Assembly: GCA_951406725.2 (NCBI GenBank) | Contig: OX597817.1 | Coordinates: forward strand, 167,152,001 to 167,216,000 | Source of the DNA: Octopus vulgaris | Lineage: Eukaryota | Direction: 5' to 3' | Length of the DNA: 64,000 bases | In this document: in pieces, positions 38,830 to 53,461 of the stretch | How the letters are laid out: each line of letters begins with the position of its first letter | Position numbering within the stretch: the first letter of the stretch is position 1 | Position numbers and translations under genes: made by a program | Notes under the pieces: model-generated | Told to the model about the DNA's origin: nothing | Database searches by the model: none | The model's input: the letters and a program-made list of their open reading frames with translations, nothing else

Positions 38830-41099
38830 TGGAAATGAAATTTAGTGAAGGCATGAATGTCACAGAATCCTGTGTTCTGCTTCTATTATGTTTATATTAT
38901 TTAATCAAGTAAATAAATAAAAAGATTTCAAAGAATTTTGGTTCTGCTTCTTTAAAAAATATTCTGGGGCCGTTTACTTTACTTTTGTCATAAATGAAAT
39001 TTAGTGAAGGCATGAATGTCAAGAAATATGTTCTGAATGATTTTATTATTGAGTCAAGTGTTAAATTATAATACAAAAAGAAAAGAATGTCTCTCCCTAG
39101 ACACAACAGAATATGGGGCCGTTTACTTTACTTTTGAACTCATATAAAGAATCTTGCAAACCAAATCCAAAATCGAAATATTCTAGGTTTAATTTATTTA
39201 TCTTATAACTTACTCTTAGTGAAGGCATGAATGTCACAAAGAATCCTATTTGTATTACACTCCACCTTCCAAAAAGTATTTTGTATCTTGCTTAGGTTTT
39301 TTCTTTTTTTCTGCTTTCTTTTTTTTCACAAAAGTCTCTCAGTGGAGTCATGAATTTCAAGGAGTTTTATTTCTGCTCCTTTAAAAAATATTCTGGGGCC
39401 GTTTACTTTACTTTTGTCATAAATGAAATTTAGTGAAGGCATGAATGTCACAGAATCCTATGTTCTGCTTCTATTATGATTATATTATTCAATCAAGTAA
39501 ATAAATAAAAAGATTTCAAAGAATTTTGGTTCTGCTCCTTTAAAAAATATTCTGGGGCCGTTTACTTTACTTTTGTCATAAATGAAATTTAGTGAAGGCA
39601 TGAATGTCACAGAATCCTATGTTCTGCTTCTATTATGTTTATATTATTTAATCAAGTAAATAAATAAAAAGATTTCAAAGAATTTTGTTTCTGCTCCTTT
39701 AAAAAATATTCTGGGGCCGTTTACTTTACTTTTGTCATAAATGAAATTTAGTGAAGGCATGAATGTCACAGAATCCTATGTTCTGCTTCTATTATGTTTA
39801 TATTATTTAATCAAGTAAATAAATAAAAAGATTTCAAAGAATTTTGTTTCTGCTCCTTTAAAAAATATTCTGGGGCCGTTTACTTTACTTTTGTCATAAA
39901 TGAAATTTAGTGAAGGCATGAATGTCACAGAATCCTATGTTCTGCTTCTATTATGATTATATTATTTAATCAAGTAAATAAATAAAAAGATTTCAAAGAA
40001 TTTTGTTTCTGCTCCTTTAAAAAATATTCTGGGGCCGTTTACTTTACTTTTGTCATAAATGAAATTTAGTGAAGGCATGAATGTCACAGAATCCTATGTT
40101 CTGCTTCTATTATGTTTATATTATTCAATCAAGTAAATAAATAAAAAGATTTCAAAGAATTTTGGTTCTGCTTCTTTAAAAAATATTCTGGGACCGTTTA
40201 CTTTACTTTTGTCATAAATGAAATTTAGTGAAGGCATGAATGTCACAGAATCCTATGTTCTGCTTCTATTATGATTATATTGTTCAATCAAGTAAATAAA
40301 TAAAAAGATTTCAAAGAATTTTGTTTCTGCTTCTTTAAAAAATATTCTGGGACCGTTTACTTTACTTTTGTCATAAATGAAATTTAGTGAAGGCATGAAT
40401 GTCACAGAATCCTATGTTCTGCTTCTATTATGATTATATTGTTCAATCAAGTAAATAAATAAAAAGATTTCAAAGAATTTTGTTTCTGCTTCTTTAAAAA
40501 ATATTCTGGGACCGTTTACTTTGCTTTTGTCATAAATGAAATTTAGTGAAGGCATGAATGTCACAGAATCCTATGTTCTGCTTCTATTATGATTATATTA
40601 TTCAATCAAGTAAATAAATAAAAAGATTTCAAAGAATTTTGGTTCTGCTCCTTTAAAAAATATTCTGGGGCCGTTTACTTTACTTTTGTCATAAATGAAA
40701 TTTAGTGAAGGCATGAATGTCACAGAATCCTATGTTCTGCTTCTATTATGTTTATATTATTTAATCAAGTAAATAAATAAAAAGATTTCAAAGAATTTTG
40801 TTTCTGCTCCTTTAAAAAATATTCTGGGGCCGTTTACTTTACTTTTGTCATAAATGAAATTTAGTGAAGGCATGAATGTCACAGAATCCTATGTTCTGCT
40901 TCTATTATGATTATATTATTCAATCAAGTAAATAAATAAAAAGATTTCAAAGAATTTTGTTTCTGCTCCTTTAAAAACTATTCTGGGGCCGTTTACTTTA
41001 CTTTTGTCATAAATGAAATTTAGTGAAGGCATGAATGTCACAGAATCCTATGTTCTGCTTCTATTATGATTATATTATTCAATCAAGTAAATAAATAAA
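38830..41099. repeat. 159-bp tandem satellite (~11 homogeneous units plus degenerate left flank)
   Basis: TTCTGGGGCC recurs at 39391, 39550, 39709 and onward. Confidence 0.95.
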
Positions 41100-41154
41100 G
41101 TGAGGCCAGATTTCACTCCTAACGGAAAGAAAAAACAACGTTCTGTTTACTTAC

Positions 41155-41328
41155 ATCAGATTTCCTCACTGGAAGAATATCACAGTGATTCTTGTAAATA
41201 ATTTGTGATTCCTGAGTGTCTTCAGCTTAGTCTCTCACTTCACAAACTGCGTTTGCTGTATCAGTGCGACAATTTAAGGGTCGTGTGGACCCTACAGGCG
41301 TTGTCATTCGTTGATGAAAGCTTTTATA
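41155..41328 (-). promoter_or_regulatory. Candidate TATA box plus non-coding first exon of the chitinase
   Basis: TATAAAAG on minus at 41328-41321, then a non-repetitive stretch with no ATG between about 41297 and 41155, ending in the strong donor GAT|GTAAGTAA; the ATG exon has an acceptor, so an upstream exon is expected. Confidence 0.35.
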
Positions 41329-42554
41329 GTAAAACAAAATTACAAAAATATACACATGCTTTTCTTTCAAGTTCACTAATTTTTGATCTGGATCAAATCC
41401 AGCGAATACTCTTACGTCATATGATTTGAAACTGTATAAAAAGAAAATAGAAAATTTAATAAAATAAAAATACGAAAGCTACGATGAATAACAAAAAGAT
41501 AAAAAATATATAAATATATATATATATATATATAAAAGCAACGACAAAATACACAATACGCAAAAACCCCCTCTGAAATAACAATGATAGCAGTAATGAA
41601 GTGCAGAACAGGAGACAATAAAAATAAATTAATACAAAAACAAAAAAAAGAGAAAAAAACAAACAAAGAAAGATAAAACAAAGAACCAACGTTTGGCACT
41701 GAGAGATTCGAAATAAATAAGAGAACAAGCTTGTATAAGCAAGAACGAAGATGTCTGGAATTTTCGACACGGAAAGAATCAATACGTTTGGTATGTGTAT
41801 TGAGGATTAGGACTGGCTATTACGTGTACCGGTTTTACTGTGTGTTGTTTCATTTGTACCTTTTTTGATAGGAAGCAAAGCAAAGGGGAGAAATAGGGAG
41901 ATTGGACAAGGGGAAAGGAAAAAATAACTACGGTGTGGTGTTAGAGTTGAAGATGTACGGGAAGGGACAACAGGTAGAAGAAGTGAAAGTTTGTCAGATT
42001 TCTTTCTTTTTTTTTTTCTTTATTTTATAATTTTTTTTTTTTTTTTTGGTATTTTTAAGGGGTTTCTGGCAAAGAAATGGAAAGACACAAAAAAAAAAAA
42101 AAGTGAGATGAGAAAAGACAGTAATGAACGATGATGCGGTTTGCCATGTATGTTTAATGTGTGCACTGAAATAATGCCATCAACGGCCATCATAGAGGAA
42201 GGGTAGGGGAAATGGGAGTGTGTAGTGTAGGGTCGGAGGGTTGTATGTGTTGCTTTATAGAGTGCGAGATAGAGAGATACATTGTTAGATACATACATAC
42301 ATACATACATACATACATACGTACATACATACATGCATGCATACATACATACATGCATACATACATACATACATACATACATACATAATACATACATACA
42401 TAATACATACATACATACATACATACGTGCGTACATACATATACATACATAGATAGAGTGAGAGATAGCGAGATAGAGAGATAGATAGTTAGATACATAT
42501 CTATCTCTCTATCGTATGTATGTATATATGTATGTATGTATGTATGTGCGTGTG

Positions 42555-42651
<97 letters not shown>

Positions 42652-42727
42652 CGAGAATTCACGAAAAAACAAAAGTCGAAGACAGGTGGTGTAGAAAACA
42701 AACAGATGTATAAGCATAACGCTCATA

Positions 42728-42769
<42 letters not shown>

Positions 42770-43365
42770 GTGTGTGTGTTGTGTGTGTGTCTGTGTGTCT
42801 GTGTGTATGTATGTATGGTTTATGTACCTGATCCGTTTTCCTTCGTCATTTTGTGTATATTAATTATTTTATAATCCTAATGCAGGAGACGAGATGTCAG
42901 AATCATTATGGCATTGGTAAAAAATGCCTTGCGGTATTTATTCCAGCTCTTTATAGTGTACGTTCGAATCCAACCAAAACCCCTTTACTCTTTTGGAAAC
43001 AAATAAAGCACAGTGCTAGCCAGCCACATTCCTCAAACGTTAGTGCCATTGTGCCTAAATTAAAAACAACTGTCATTCTGATATATATTACATTAATTTG
43101 ATGCATTTGGTATTATATTCATTTCTATCTACATTAATCATATTGAGCACTATAAGAGACTCTCTTTACTCTATTTACTCTTTTACTTGTTTCAGTCATT
43201 TGACTGCAGCCATGCTGGAGCACCGCCTTTAGTCGAGAAAATCGACCCCGGGACTTATTCTTTTGTAAGCCCAGTACTTATTCCATCGATCTCTTTTGCC
43301 GAACCGCTAAGTGACGGGGACGTAAACACACCAGCATCGGTTGTCAAGCAATGCTAGGGGGACAA

Positions 43366-43414
<49 letters not shown>

Positions 43415-44029
43415 ATATATATACGACAGGCTTCTTTCAGTTTCCGTCTACCAAATCCACTCACAAGGCATTGGTCGGCCCGGGGCTATAGCAGAAGACA
43501 CTTGCCCAAGATGCCACGCAGTGGGACTGAACCCGGAACCACGTGGCTGGTTAGCAAGCTACTTACCACACAACCACTCCTGTGCACGAAAATTGTTTTT
43601 TTTTTTCTGACTGCATTAGGAGACATTCTCTAATATTATTATCGCAGCCTCTATCTAACTGTTGGTTTTAATGTTAAATTTCGATAGTCGAGAACTTTTT
43701 AATGTACACACACACATACACACACTCACACACACATACATGTACGTATATATATATATATATTTTATATATATAATAACGTTGACCTTACGAGTGAATC
43801 GTACATAAATCTCCTAAGAACGAAGAGAAGCCATGAGAGAAAGTGAGTTTCTGGAGTTTGATAAGAAACTAAATAGATACATTTGCATAGTCTTTTATTT
43901 GTTTCAGACATTTGATTGCGGCCATGCTGGAGCACCGCCTTTAGTCGAACAAATCTATCCGGGACATATTCTTTGTAAGCCTAGTACTTATTCTAATTTA
44001 CGGGGACGTAAACACACCACCATCGGTTG

Positions 44030-45190
44030 ACCTGTGATTATGGATGAGGAGGAGTGACCTGAAGACAGAGACAGAAGCACTCATATGCGCAGCTCGGAAA
44101 CAAGCGTTAAGGACCAGCTACACGAAGTGAAAAATTGACAACACTACCGATAGCGACAAATGCAGAATGTGTGGTGACAGAGGAGAAACGGTGTGGCACA
44201 TCGTTAGCAAATGCCCGAAATTGGCACGACGCGAATACAAAAGACGCCATGACAATGTGGCAAGAATGATCCATTGGGAGCTCTGTGGAAATCACGGCCT
44301 AAAAAAAGCGAAAACGTGGTATGAGAAAAATCCAGGAGTCACCAGAATTGAGAATTACAAAATCCTGTCGGATGCTATGATCTAGTGTGATCACCTGACC
44401 AGACATCGGAAACCGGACATTGTTGTGGTGAATAAAAAAGAAAGAACATCTCTCTCTATATAAACGGCAGTTTGTCTGTGTGCGTGTCTGTGTGTCTGTT
44501 AGGTTGTACCCTCACCCTGACCACGGCTTTCAACCGATTCTGATGAAACTTGACACACACATAGCCCAATGTCATAATCCAAAACTAACGCAGCGAAAAT
44601 TTTGAAAAGTTCCCCCAGTTCTGGAAAAAAAATCGATAAATTCGACATGGGGTCGAGAATCAGAAACACAAACCACAGACTGTCTAGGGGACGCAACTCG
44701 ACCTTTTTAACTCTCAAAAAAAATTTACCATCATTTTTTTGCTATTTTTTGGCTATAACTCTCTAAAAATGCTTTATAGTTATTTCCCTTACAAACCCGA
44801 GCAACGCCGGGCGATACTGCTAGTGTATGATAATCGACATACCATGCCACGGTGACAACAGGATCAGTGTGAAAGAAGAAGAAAAAAATAAATAACTATG
44901 ACGATTTGAAGAGGGAAATACGAAGGTTGTGGTCAATGAAGAGAGTAGACGTAATACCAATAGTAATTGGGTCACTTGGAAGTATCAGCACTCAACTACC
45001 AGCATGACTGAAAAAGATCGGTGCAAGTGTGAAGGTAGAACACCTTAAAAAATCAGCATTGCTCGGAACTGCAAGAATTCTTCGCAGAGTTCTTGAAGCA
45101 TGACCAGTAAACAAGCATCACCTTAGTTTGCTGGCTGTGGACAGCGGACACTTTCCATCATACTCAGTAAAATAAACTGTGAGTTTTCAT
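44030..45190 (+). mobile_element. R4/Dong-clade LINE 3' part (CCHC + RLE), split by a Helitron
   Basis: CRMCGDRGETVWHIVSKC..EYKRRHDNVARMIHWELC; KPDIVV..IID; KSALLGTARILRRVL*. Confidence 0.88.
44449..44823 (+). mobile_element. Non-autonomous Helitron inserted in a LINE
   Basis: Excision restores AGAACA|TGTATG with no TSD. Confidence 0.93.
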
Positions 45191-45640
45191 ATAATAATGG
45201 AGGAGGAGAAGAAGAAGAAGAAGAAGAAGAAGAAGAAGAAGAAGAAGAAGAAGAAGAAGAAGAAGAAGAAGAAGAAGAAGAAGAAGAAGAAGAAGAAGAA
45301 GAATGCCCTGATGCAGTACCAGACAGTGGCTCTCATGGCTTCTGATCTTAACTGATTGGAAGTGTTATCATGGACATTGTTTTGTCTTGGTATAAAAAGA
45401 TGGGCTACAGCAAATATTCTGCTCAATACCACAGATTTGCTTGTCAGTTGTTTGACCTTAACCAGTTGAGCATGTCCCTTAGTGGCTGACGATATGTGCA
45501 TCTCTGATCACGAGCAGAAGTAGTGGGGGAGCATCATAGCCATGTGTTGAGAGGGATTCTTTGGGGCTTGAATAATTCACCTCTGGAAACATGGGTGTTT
45601 ATTTCAACATCCTTAAACAACCCTTGTGAAGGCGCATAGT

Positions 45641-45984
45641 GAAGGCGCATGGCTCAGTGGTTAGAGCGTCGAGCTTACGATCGTGAGGTTGTGATCTCGA
45701 ATCCCGGACCGGGCTGCGTGTTGTGTTCTTGAGCAAAGCACTTTATTTCACGTTGCTCCAGTTCACTCAGCTGTAGAAATGAGTTGCGACGTCACAGGTG
45801 CCAAGCTGTATCAGCCGTTGCCTTTCCCTTGGATAACACTGGTGGTGTGGAGAGGGGAGGCCGGTATGCATGGGCGACTGCTGGTCTTCCATAAAAGCAA
45901 CCTTGCCCGGACTTGTGTCTAGGAGGGTAACTTTCTAAGTGCAATCCCATGGTCATTCATGACCGAAGGGGGTCTTTACCCCTT
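45641..45984 (+). mobile_element. tRNA-derived SINE family D; relatives at 13897-14231, 31380-31660, 54155-54395, 61360-61520
   Basis: GGCGCATGGCTCAGTGGTTAGAGCG head; TAAACAACCCTT direct repeat on both sides. Confidence 0.82.
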
Positions 45985-47129
45985 TAAACAACCCTTATTC
46001 AGGGACCTTTTGAGTGGGATGGGTTACTCGACCAGAGGAAAACTGGTTTCAAATTTTGGTACAAGGCCAGCAATTTGGGGGAGATGATAAGTCGATTACA
46101 TCAGTTCCAGTGTATAACTGGTACTATTTTATCGACTCCGAAAGATGAAAGACAAAGCTGACCTCTGCGGAAGTTGAACTCAGAAGATTTAGGAAGCACT
46201 CCGTCGGTTACGACGACGAGGGTTCCGGTTGATCCGAATCAACGGAACAGCCTGCTCGTGAAATTAACGTGTAAGTGGCTGAGCACTCCACAGACACGTG
46301 TACCCTTAACGTAGTTCTCGGGAATACTCAGCGTGACACAGAGAGTGACAAGGCCGGCCCTTTGAAATACAGGTACAACAGAAACAGGAAGTAAGAGTGA
46401 GAGAAAGTTGTGGTGAAATAGTTCAGCAGGGATCACCACCATCCCCTGCCGGAGCCTTGTGGAGCTTTAGGTGTTTTTCGCTCAATAAACACTCACAACG
46501 CCCGGTCTGGGAATCGAAACCGCGATCCTAGGACCGCGAGTCCGCTGCCCTAACCACTGGGCCATTGCGCCTCCACGCTCAGAAGATAGAGACGGACGAA
46601 ATTCTATTAAGCCTTTTGTCCGGCGCGGTGACGATTCAGCCAGCTCGCCGCCTTCCGAATGCGTTAATATTGATTTTAAAAAAAGAAACCCTTAAACTTT
46701 GCGTTCTTTTCAAGGAGTCCATCTTGTTGCAAAAATTCGGAGTAAGTCTCTAGTTTGAGGATATTTTCACCCCTACATACCTAAATACCTACCTGTCTTC
46801 TGCCACTCTCGATGGTTAATGTAAAGGGTTATGGGTGCTACTTTCTCTCCTAGCTAAAGCATACAAAGAAAATAAAAGGCTGGATTATGGGATCAGGAAA
46901 AGATGTGTATGCAAGATTTCGGGTTAACCAAGAGTGCAGAAATAAGTTAATGTACTTAAATCTTGCGAAATTACGAATTTGATGACCTCTAGGACCAGCC
47001 CGTAACTTTTTTATGTTTATTAGACTTCAGAATTGACAAAATGAATGTTTATTTTATTGGAAATAAGCGAGACTGAATGTTAGCTTCTGTTTAGCAATAA
47101 TGTCGGTCAATATATATATGACTGACTGG

Positions 47130-47780
<651 letters not shown>

Positions 47781-48013
47781 CAGATAGACAATAAGACAAA
47801 CAGACCGAAAAGAGAGAGAAAAAGAGAACTATGAGGTGTGAGAGTAGAGTAACAGGTAGATAGAGAGACAGAGAGAAGAAAATGGAAAACAAGTACAAAA
47901 CGTGAGAGGTGGTACCAGGTAGAAGAATGAAATTCTTATCAGGAGATCCTTGCTCGGATTTAAGTAAAATAAACAGACGACCTCCTCATTCACAAAACAT
48001 GTATATGCATATA

Positions 48014-48054
<41 letters not shown>

Positions 48055-50889
48055 CCATGAGTTAAATATATAAAATAAGACTAAGAAGAAAATACAATGA
48101 AACTCAAATTCCTGTTTTTCTGAAGAATTGCAAGACCTTTTGAAATCACACATTTCGTGCCAACTACACTAAATTGAACAGTTAAGCAGCATGTGCAATG
48201 ATTGGTCGTTGTAAACAACAGCAAAGGTTAGTTGTTTGAATAAACTCGCTTATGCACTGCATTACCGAACTTCCGCCCCACCACATCCGCTTTTGTTATC
48301 ACCCGTGCCGACGCCAACTCTTCCATCAACGCCAGCAACGCATTCATTACCACCAACGCCATATGTATTCTTTCCTGCTCTAGGCACAAGGCCCGAAATT
48401 TTATGGGAGGGACGCCAGTCGATTAGATAGACCCCAGCATGCAACTGGTGCTTATTTTATGGACCCCGAAAGGATGAAAGGCAAAGTCGACCTCGGCGGA
48501 ATTTGAATTCAGAACGTTAAGACAGACGAAATACCTATTTCTTTACTACCTACAAGGGGCTAAACATAGAGGGGACAAACAAGGACAGACATAGGTATTA
48601 AGTCGATTACATCGACACCAGTGCGTAACTGGTACTTAATTTATCGACCCCGGAAGGATGAAAGGCAAAGTCGACCTCAGCGGAATTTGAACTCAGAACG
48701 TAGCGGCAGACGAAATGCCGCTAAGCATTTCGCTCAGCATGCCAACGTCACAAATGTGTTGCGAAATAACTCTGCCTCCTCTATCACCGCTAGGGCTACC
48801 ATTTCCATCACCCCCAACATCATTTCTGTCACACCACCAGCACGACTGCCATCACCATCATCATCACTATCACCACAACCATCAAAACCACTATCTACTC
48901 TATCACTGCCAGCGTCACCTCCGATGCCACCTCCATCTCCACCTGCCCCTCATCCATCACCATCATCATCTTATCCGTCATCACCAATACCACCTACAAT
49001 GATTTCAAATTTTGGCACAAGGCCAGCAATTTCGGAACCGGGGGTAAGTTAGTTTCTTCCATTAAAAAAGTGCACTACGTCCCTCTGTCCCCGCCGGTGC
49101 CACCACCAACAACAATCCCCAATACCGCCCCTGTTACCAGCAGCGCTACCATCTTCATCACCTCCAACACCTCCATCACCCCTAACATTACCTCTGTCAC
49201 CACCAGCGCCACCAACTCCATCACTCCCAACATCACCTCTATCACCACCTCTGCCACCGCCTCTAACACCCCAAACTTCCGCCACCCACATCCGCTTTTG
49301 TTATCACCTGCGCCGACGCCAACTCTTCCATCAACGCCAGCGACGCATTCATCACCCCCAACGCCACATGTATTTTTTTCTGCTCTAGGCACGAGGCCCG
49401 AAATTTTTGTGGAGGGACGCACAGTCGAGTACATCGACCCCAGTATGCGACTGGTACTTAATCTATCGACCCCGAAAGGATGAAAGGCAAAAGTCGACCT
49501 CGGCAGAATTTGAGCTCAGAACCTTAAGACAGACGAAATACCTATTTCTTTACTACCCACAAGGGGCTAAACACAGAGAGGACAAACAAATGGATTAAGT
49601 CGATTATATTGACCCCAGTGCATAACTGGTACTTATTTAATCGGCCCCGAAAGGAAGAAAGGCAAAGTCGACCTCGGTGGAATTTGAACCTAGAACGTAG
49701 CAGCAGACAAAATACCTATTTCTTTATTACCCACAAGGGGCTAAACACAGAGAGAACAAACAAGGACAGACAAACGGATTAAGTCGATTATATTGACCCC
49801 AGTGCATAACTGGTACTTATTTAATCGGCCCCGAAAGGAAGAAAGGTAAAGTGGACCTCGGTGACATACTCTGTCGCCACCAGGGCCACTACCACCACCT
49901 CCATCACCCCAACAGCGTTTATATCACTCGCCAGCGCCACCACCACCTCCATCACCCCAACACTGCCTCTGACTCCACCAGCGTCGCTGTTCCCCATCAC
50001 CCCACCCCGTACCACCTCCACCGCCACCATCAACACCACCACCACCACCCCACCACCACCACCCCTACCACAACTAACCTTTGCTGAGTGGTTGGTTGGT
50101 TAGAAGAATAATACTTCCAATAAAGAGCCGGCCTTGTCACTCTCTGTGTCACGCTGAATATCCCCGAGAACTGCGTTAAGGGTACACGTGTCTGTGGAGT
50201 GCTCAGCCACTTACACGTTAATTTCACGAGCAGGCTGTTCCGTTGATTCGGATCAACCGGAACCCTCGTCGTCGCAACCGACGGAGTGCTTCCCACTTCC
50301 AATAAAATTCAGCCGGTGTCATTTCATTGTCAGAAAAATAGTGAAAAACATTGATTTCGGAGGAAGGATCAAGCAAAGGAGGGGAGAAGAGGATGGGGAG
50401 TGACGAGAAGAATAAGGAAGAAGTGGTCGAGGAACGGTAGTGGCGGCGGCGGCGGCGACAGTGGCAATGACGGTGAGGGGGGGAAGGGTGTGGTTGAGGT
50501 GATGATTGTAGTGGTGGCGGTGGTGGAGAAGGGAGCGTATGGGAAATTAACTGACAACCGACCAAAATTGTCATACTCACCTATACATACACACAAACAC
50601 AAAGGCACACACACACACACACACACTACGAATACACATATGTGCAAGCATACACATACATTCACACATGCACATATACTCTTTTACTCTTTTACTCTTT
50701 TACGTGTTTCAGTCATTTGACTGCGGCCATGCTGGAGCACCACCTTTAGTCAAGCAAATCGACCCCGGGACTTATTCTTTGTAAACCCAGTACTTATTCT
50801 ATCGGTCTCTTTTGCCGAACCGCTAAGTGACGGGGACGTAAACACACCAGCATCGGTTGCCAAGCAATGCTAGGGGGACAAACACAAAC

Positions 50890-50958
<69 letters not shown>

Positions 50959-51907
50959 TACGACAGGCTTCTTTCAGTTTCCGTCTACCAAATCCACTCA
51001 CAAGGCATTGGTCGGCCCGGGGCTATAGCAGAAGACACTTGCTCAAGATGCCACGCAGTGGGACTGAACCCGGAACCATGTGGTTGGTTAGCAAGCTACT
51101 TACCACACAGCCACTCCTGGGCCTATGCAAACACACTAACACAAAGCAAAACTGTTAAGAGACAATCGCAAGATTGCTGGATTCGAATATGACGCAGTAT
51201 TTGCCACGGTTTCCTGCTATCAGAGTTCAAATCCCGTCTAAGTCTACTTTACTTTTCATCCTTTTGGGACCAAGATCGATAACATGTACCAATCCAGCAA
51301 GGAAAATTGGTGGAACTATAAACAACATAGGATTGGATATGTTGCAGTACCTGCTGTTGCTGTTGAGCGAAGCGGTCTTCGTCCCAGAGCTCGCAAGATG
51401 GGAGAAGCCCGAATCGTGGTCCTTTGCTATTCGTAAGACCCGCAGAAGAGAAAGCAGGTCAACCCTCGACACCGAGAGCATCGACGGATGGATGAATGCG
51501 CATCCAGGTTCAGCGGTTGCGTAGGAAGTCGGGGACAAGAAACAGGAAGAAAGAGTGTGAGAAAGTTGGGGCGAAAGAGTACAACAGGGGTTACCACCAT
51601 CCCCTGCCGGAGACTCGTGGAGCTTTATGTGTTTCCGCTCAATAAACACACACAACGCCCTGTCTGGGAATCGAAACCGCAATCCTCCGACCGCGAGTCC
51701 GCTGTCCTAACCACTGGGCTATTGCGCCTCCTGCAGTACCTGCTGCAATGGTGCTAAAAGCTCTCTCGATCCACGTCCACAAGCTTTGGCTTAGGATAAG
51801 CATTTGTAGTGTGAAGACGGAGGAGTCGCATGAATGGGCAACAGTCTGTCTTCTTCATAAAATATTGTCATTGGGAATAGACAGAGAGAAAAAGGATTTT
51901 CTATGTA

Positions 51908-51954
<47 letters not shown>

Positions 51955-51961
<7 letters not shown>

Positions 51962-52148
51962 CATTAAGGACTGAACACGAAAAGTGGACAGTCAACATGC
52001 TAGATATAGACGTCAAATCGCCATTCTCCACAAAAGATTATGTTCTCAAATCAAACTCAGCATAATCTTTTGTGGAGAATGGCGATTTGACGTCTATATC
52101 TAGCATGTTGACTGTCCACTTTTCGTGTTCATTCCTTAATTGGTATAT
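51955..52148. repeat. ~88-bp-arm palindrome between (TA)n tracts
   Basis: 51955-52042 inverted vs 52061-52148. Confidence 0.9.
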
Positions 52149-52229
52149 ATAAATATTTTAATCTTCGGATTCTTTTTTTAATATGCTAGACCTCTGGTTT
52201 TAATTGATAAATATCAATTTCTACCCTTA

Positions 52230-52308
<79 letters not shown>

Positions 52309-52393
52309 AGAGTTTACGAAAAAAACAAGACAAAGACAGGTGGTGTACAAAACAAACAGTTGTATTAGTATAACGCTCAGGAATAGAAAAAGT

Positions 52394-52429
52394 CTTTTAC
52401 GTTTCGAGCCTACGCTCTTCTACAGAAAG
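52394..52429 (-). ncRNA. Minimal hammerhead-like motif (CUGUAGA core)
   Basis: CUUU CUGUAGA A GAGC-GUAG-GCUC GAAAC GUA AAAG. Confidence 0.6.
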
Positions 52430-53022
52430 GGACACAGAAAAAACAAAGAGAGAAACAAGGAGAGAAAAAAATGTGTGTAGTGGCTAACGATCTATCATGT
52501 ATATATACATATACATACATACATAAATACATATATACATATATATATATGCATGCATACCATTTACTATGGCTGCTGGGTCGAATTATATGCGTATAAA
52601 GTAGCATTCAGGATCGGAGAAAAATTTCTGGGAGTACCTAATGTCTTTGTTCTGAATATCGCCGGTATGTGATTGTGTATTTGTTTACGTTTACTATGTG
52701 TTGTATGTATAGGACATCATGATGAGGGGAGTGTCAATTTTAAGTATTTGATATGTCTAATAATATTAATTGGCGCGTCTCCGTAGATGGACTTCTGTGT
52801 ATCTTTGTAAACTTGCATAATTATTATCTTCTATGTACATTTCGCTAGAATTTTAATTCGTCTTTTAATATGCCATTGTATGCTTTATTTTTATTTATTA
52901 TAACTATATTTATTTCTCTTATTGTAACAAATTTATACTAAATGTTTTAAGCGTTAACTCAAGGTGTTATATGCAAAATTTATATTTTTATATGATATAT
53001 TAATATTTATCTTTATGATATA

Positions 53023-53461
53023 CTAGCAGCATAGCCCGGCGTTGCCCGGGTATGTAAGAGCCCCTAGAAGGCAACGGCTAATCCCAATCTGGTCCTTTCC
53101 CTCTAGGGAACGAAGGCGCATGTGTAGGTTGCAGTGTCTTCTCTTCACTCGAATACTTCTGTGTATACGATGTTCCTAGCTGTCCCTTTGGGCGATAAAA
53201 AGGTCGAGTTGTGTCCCCTAGACAGAAAATGTGTTGCATATAAAAAGCTTAGATTCTCGACCCCATGTCGAATTTATCTATTTTTTCAGAACTGGGGGAA
53301 CTTTTCAAAAGTTTCGCTGCGTCAGTTTTGAATTATGACATTGGGCTATGTGTGTGTCAAGTTTCATCAGAATCGGTTGAAAGCCGTGGTCAGCGTGAGG
53401 GTACAACCTGACAGACACACAGACAGACACACAGACAAACTGCCGTTTATATAGAGAGAGA
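53023..53461 (-). mobile_element. Non-autonomous Helitron (shorter relative of 4980-5783)
   Basis: a|CTAG hairpin end and GA|t end; 3' segment shared with the 4980 copy. Confidence 0.88.

Noticed and set aside
39370-41099. CRISPR-like regular array
   Set aside because: Whole 159-bp units are near-identical with no unique spacers; eukaryotic context, no cas genes
45641-45715. tRNA gene-like sequence
   Set aside because: SINE head continuing into a repeat body with flanking direct repeats, not a complete tRNA
48621-50103. Pro/Thr-rich mucin-like ORFs
   Set aside because: CAC/CAT low-complexity DNA interleaved with SINEs; no splice-supported exon found
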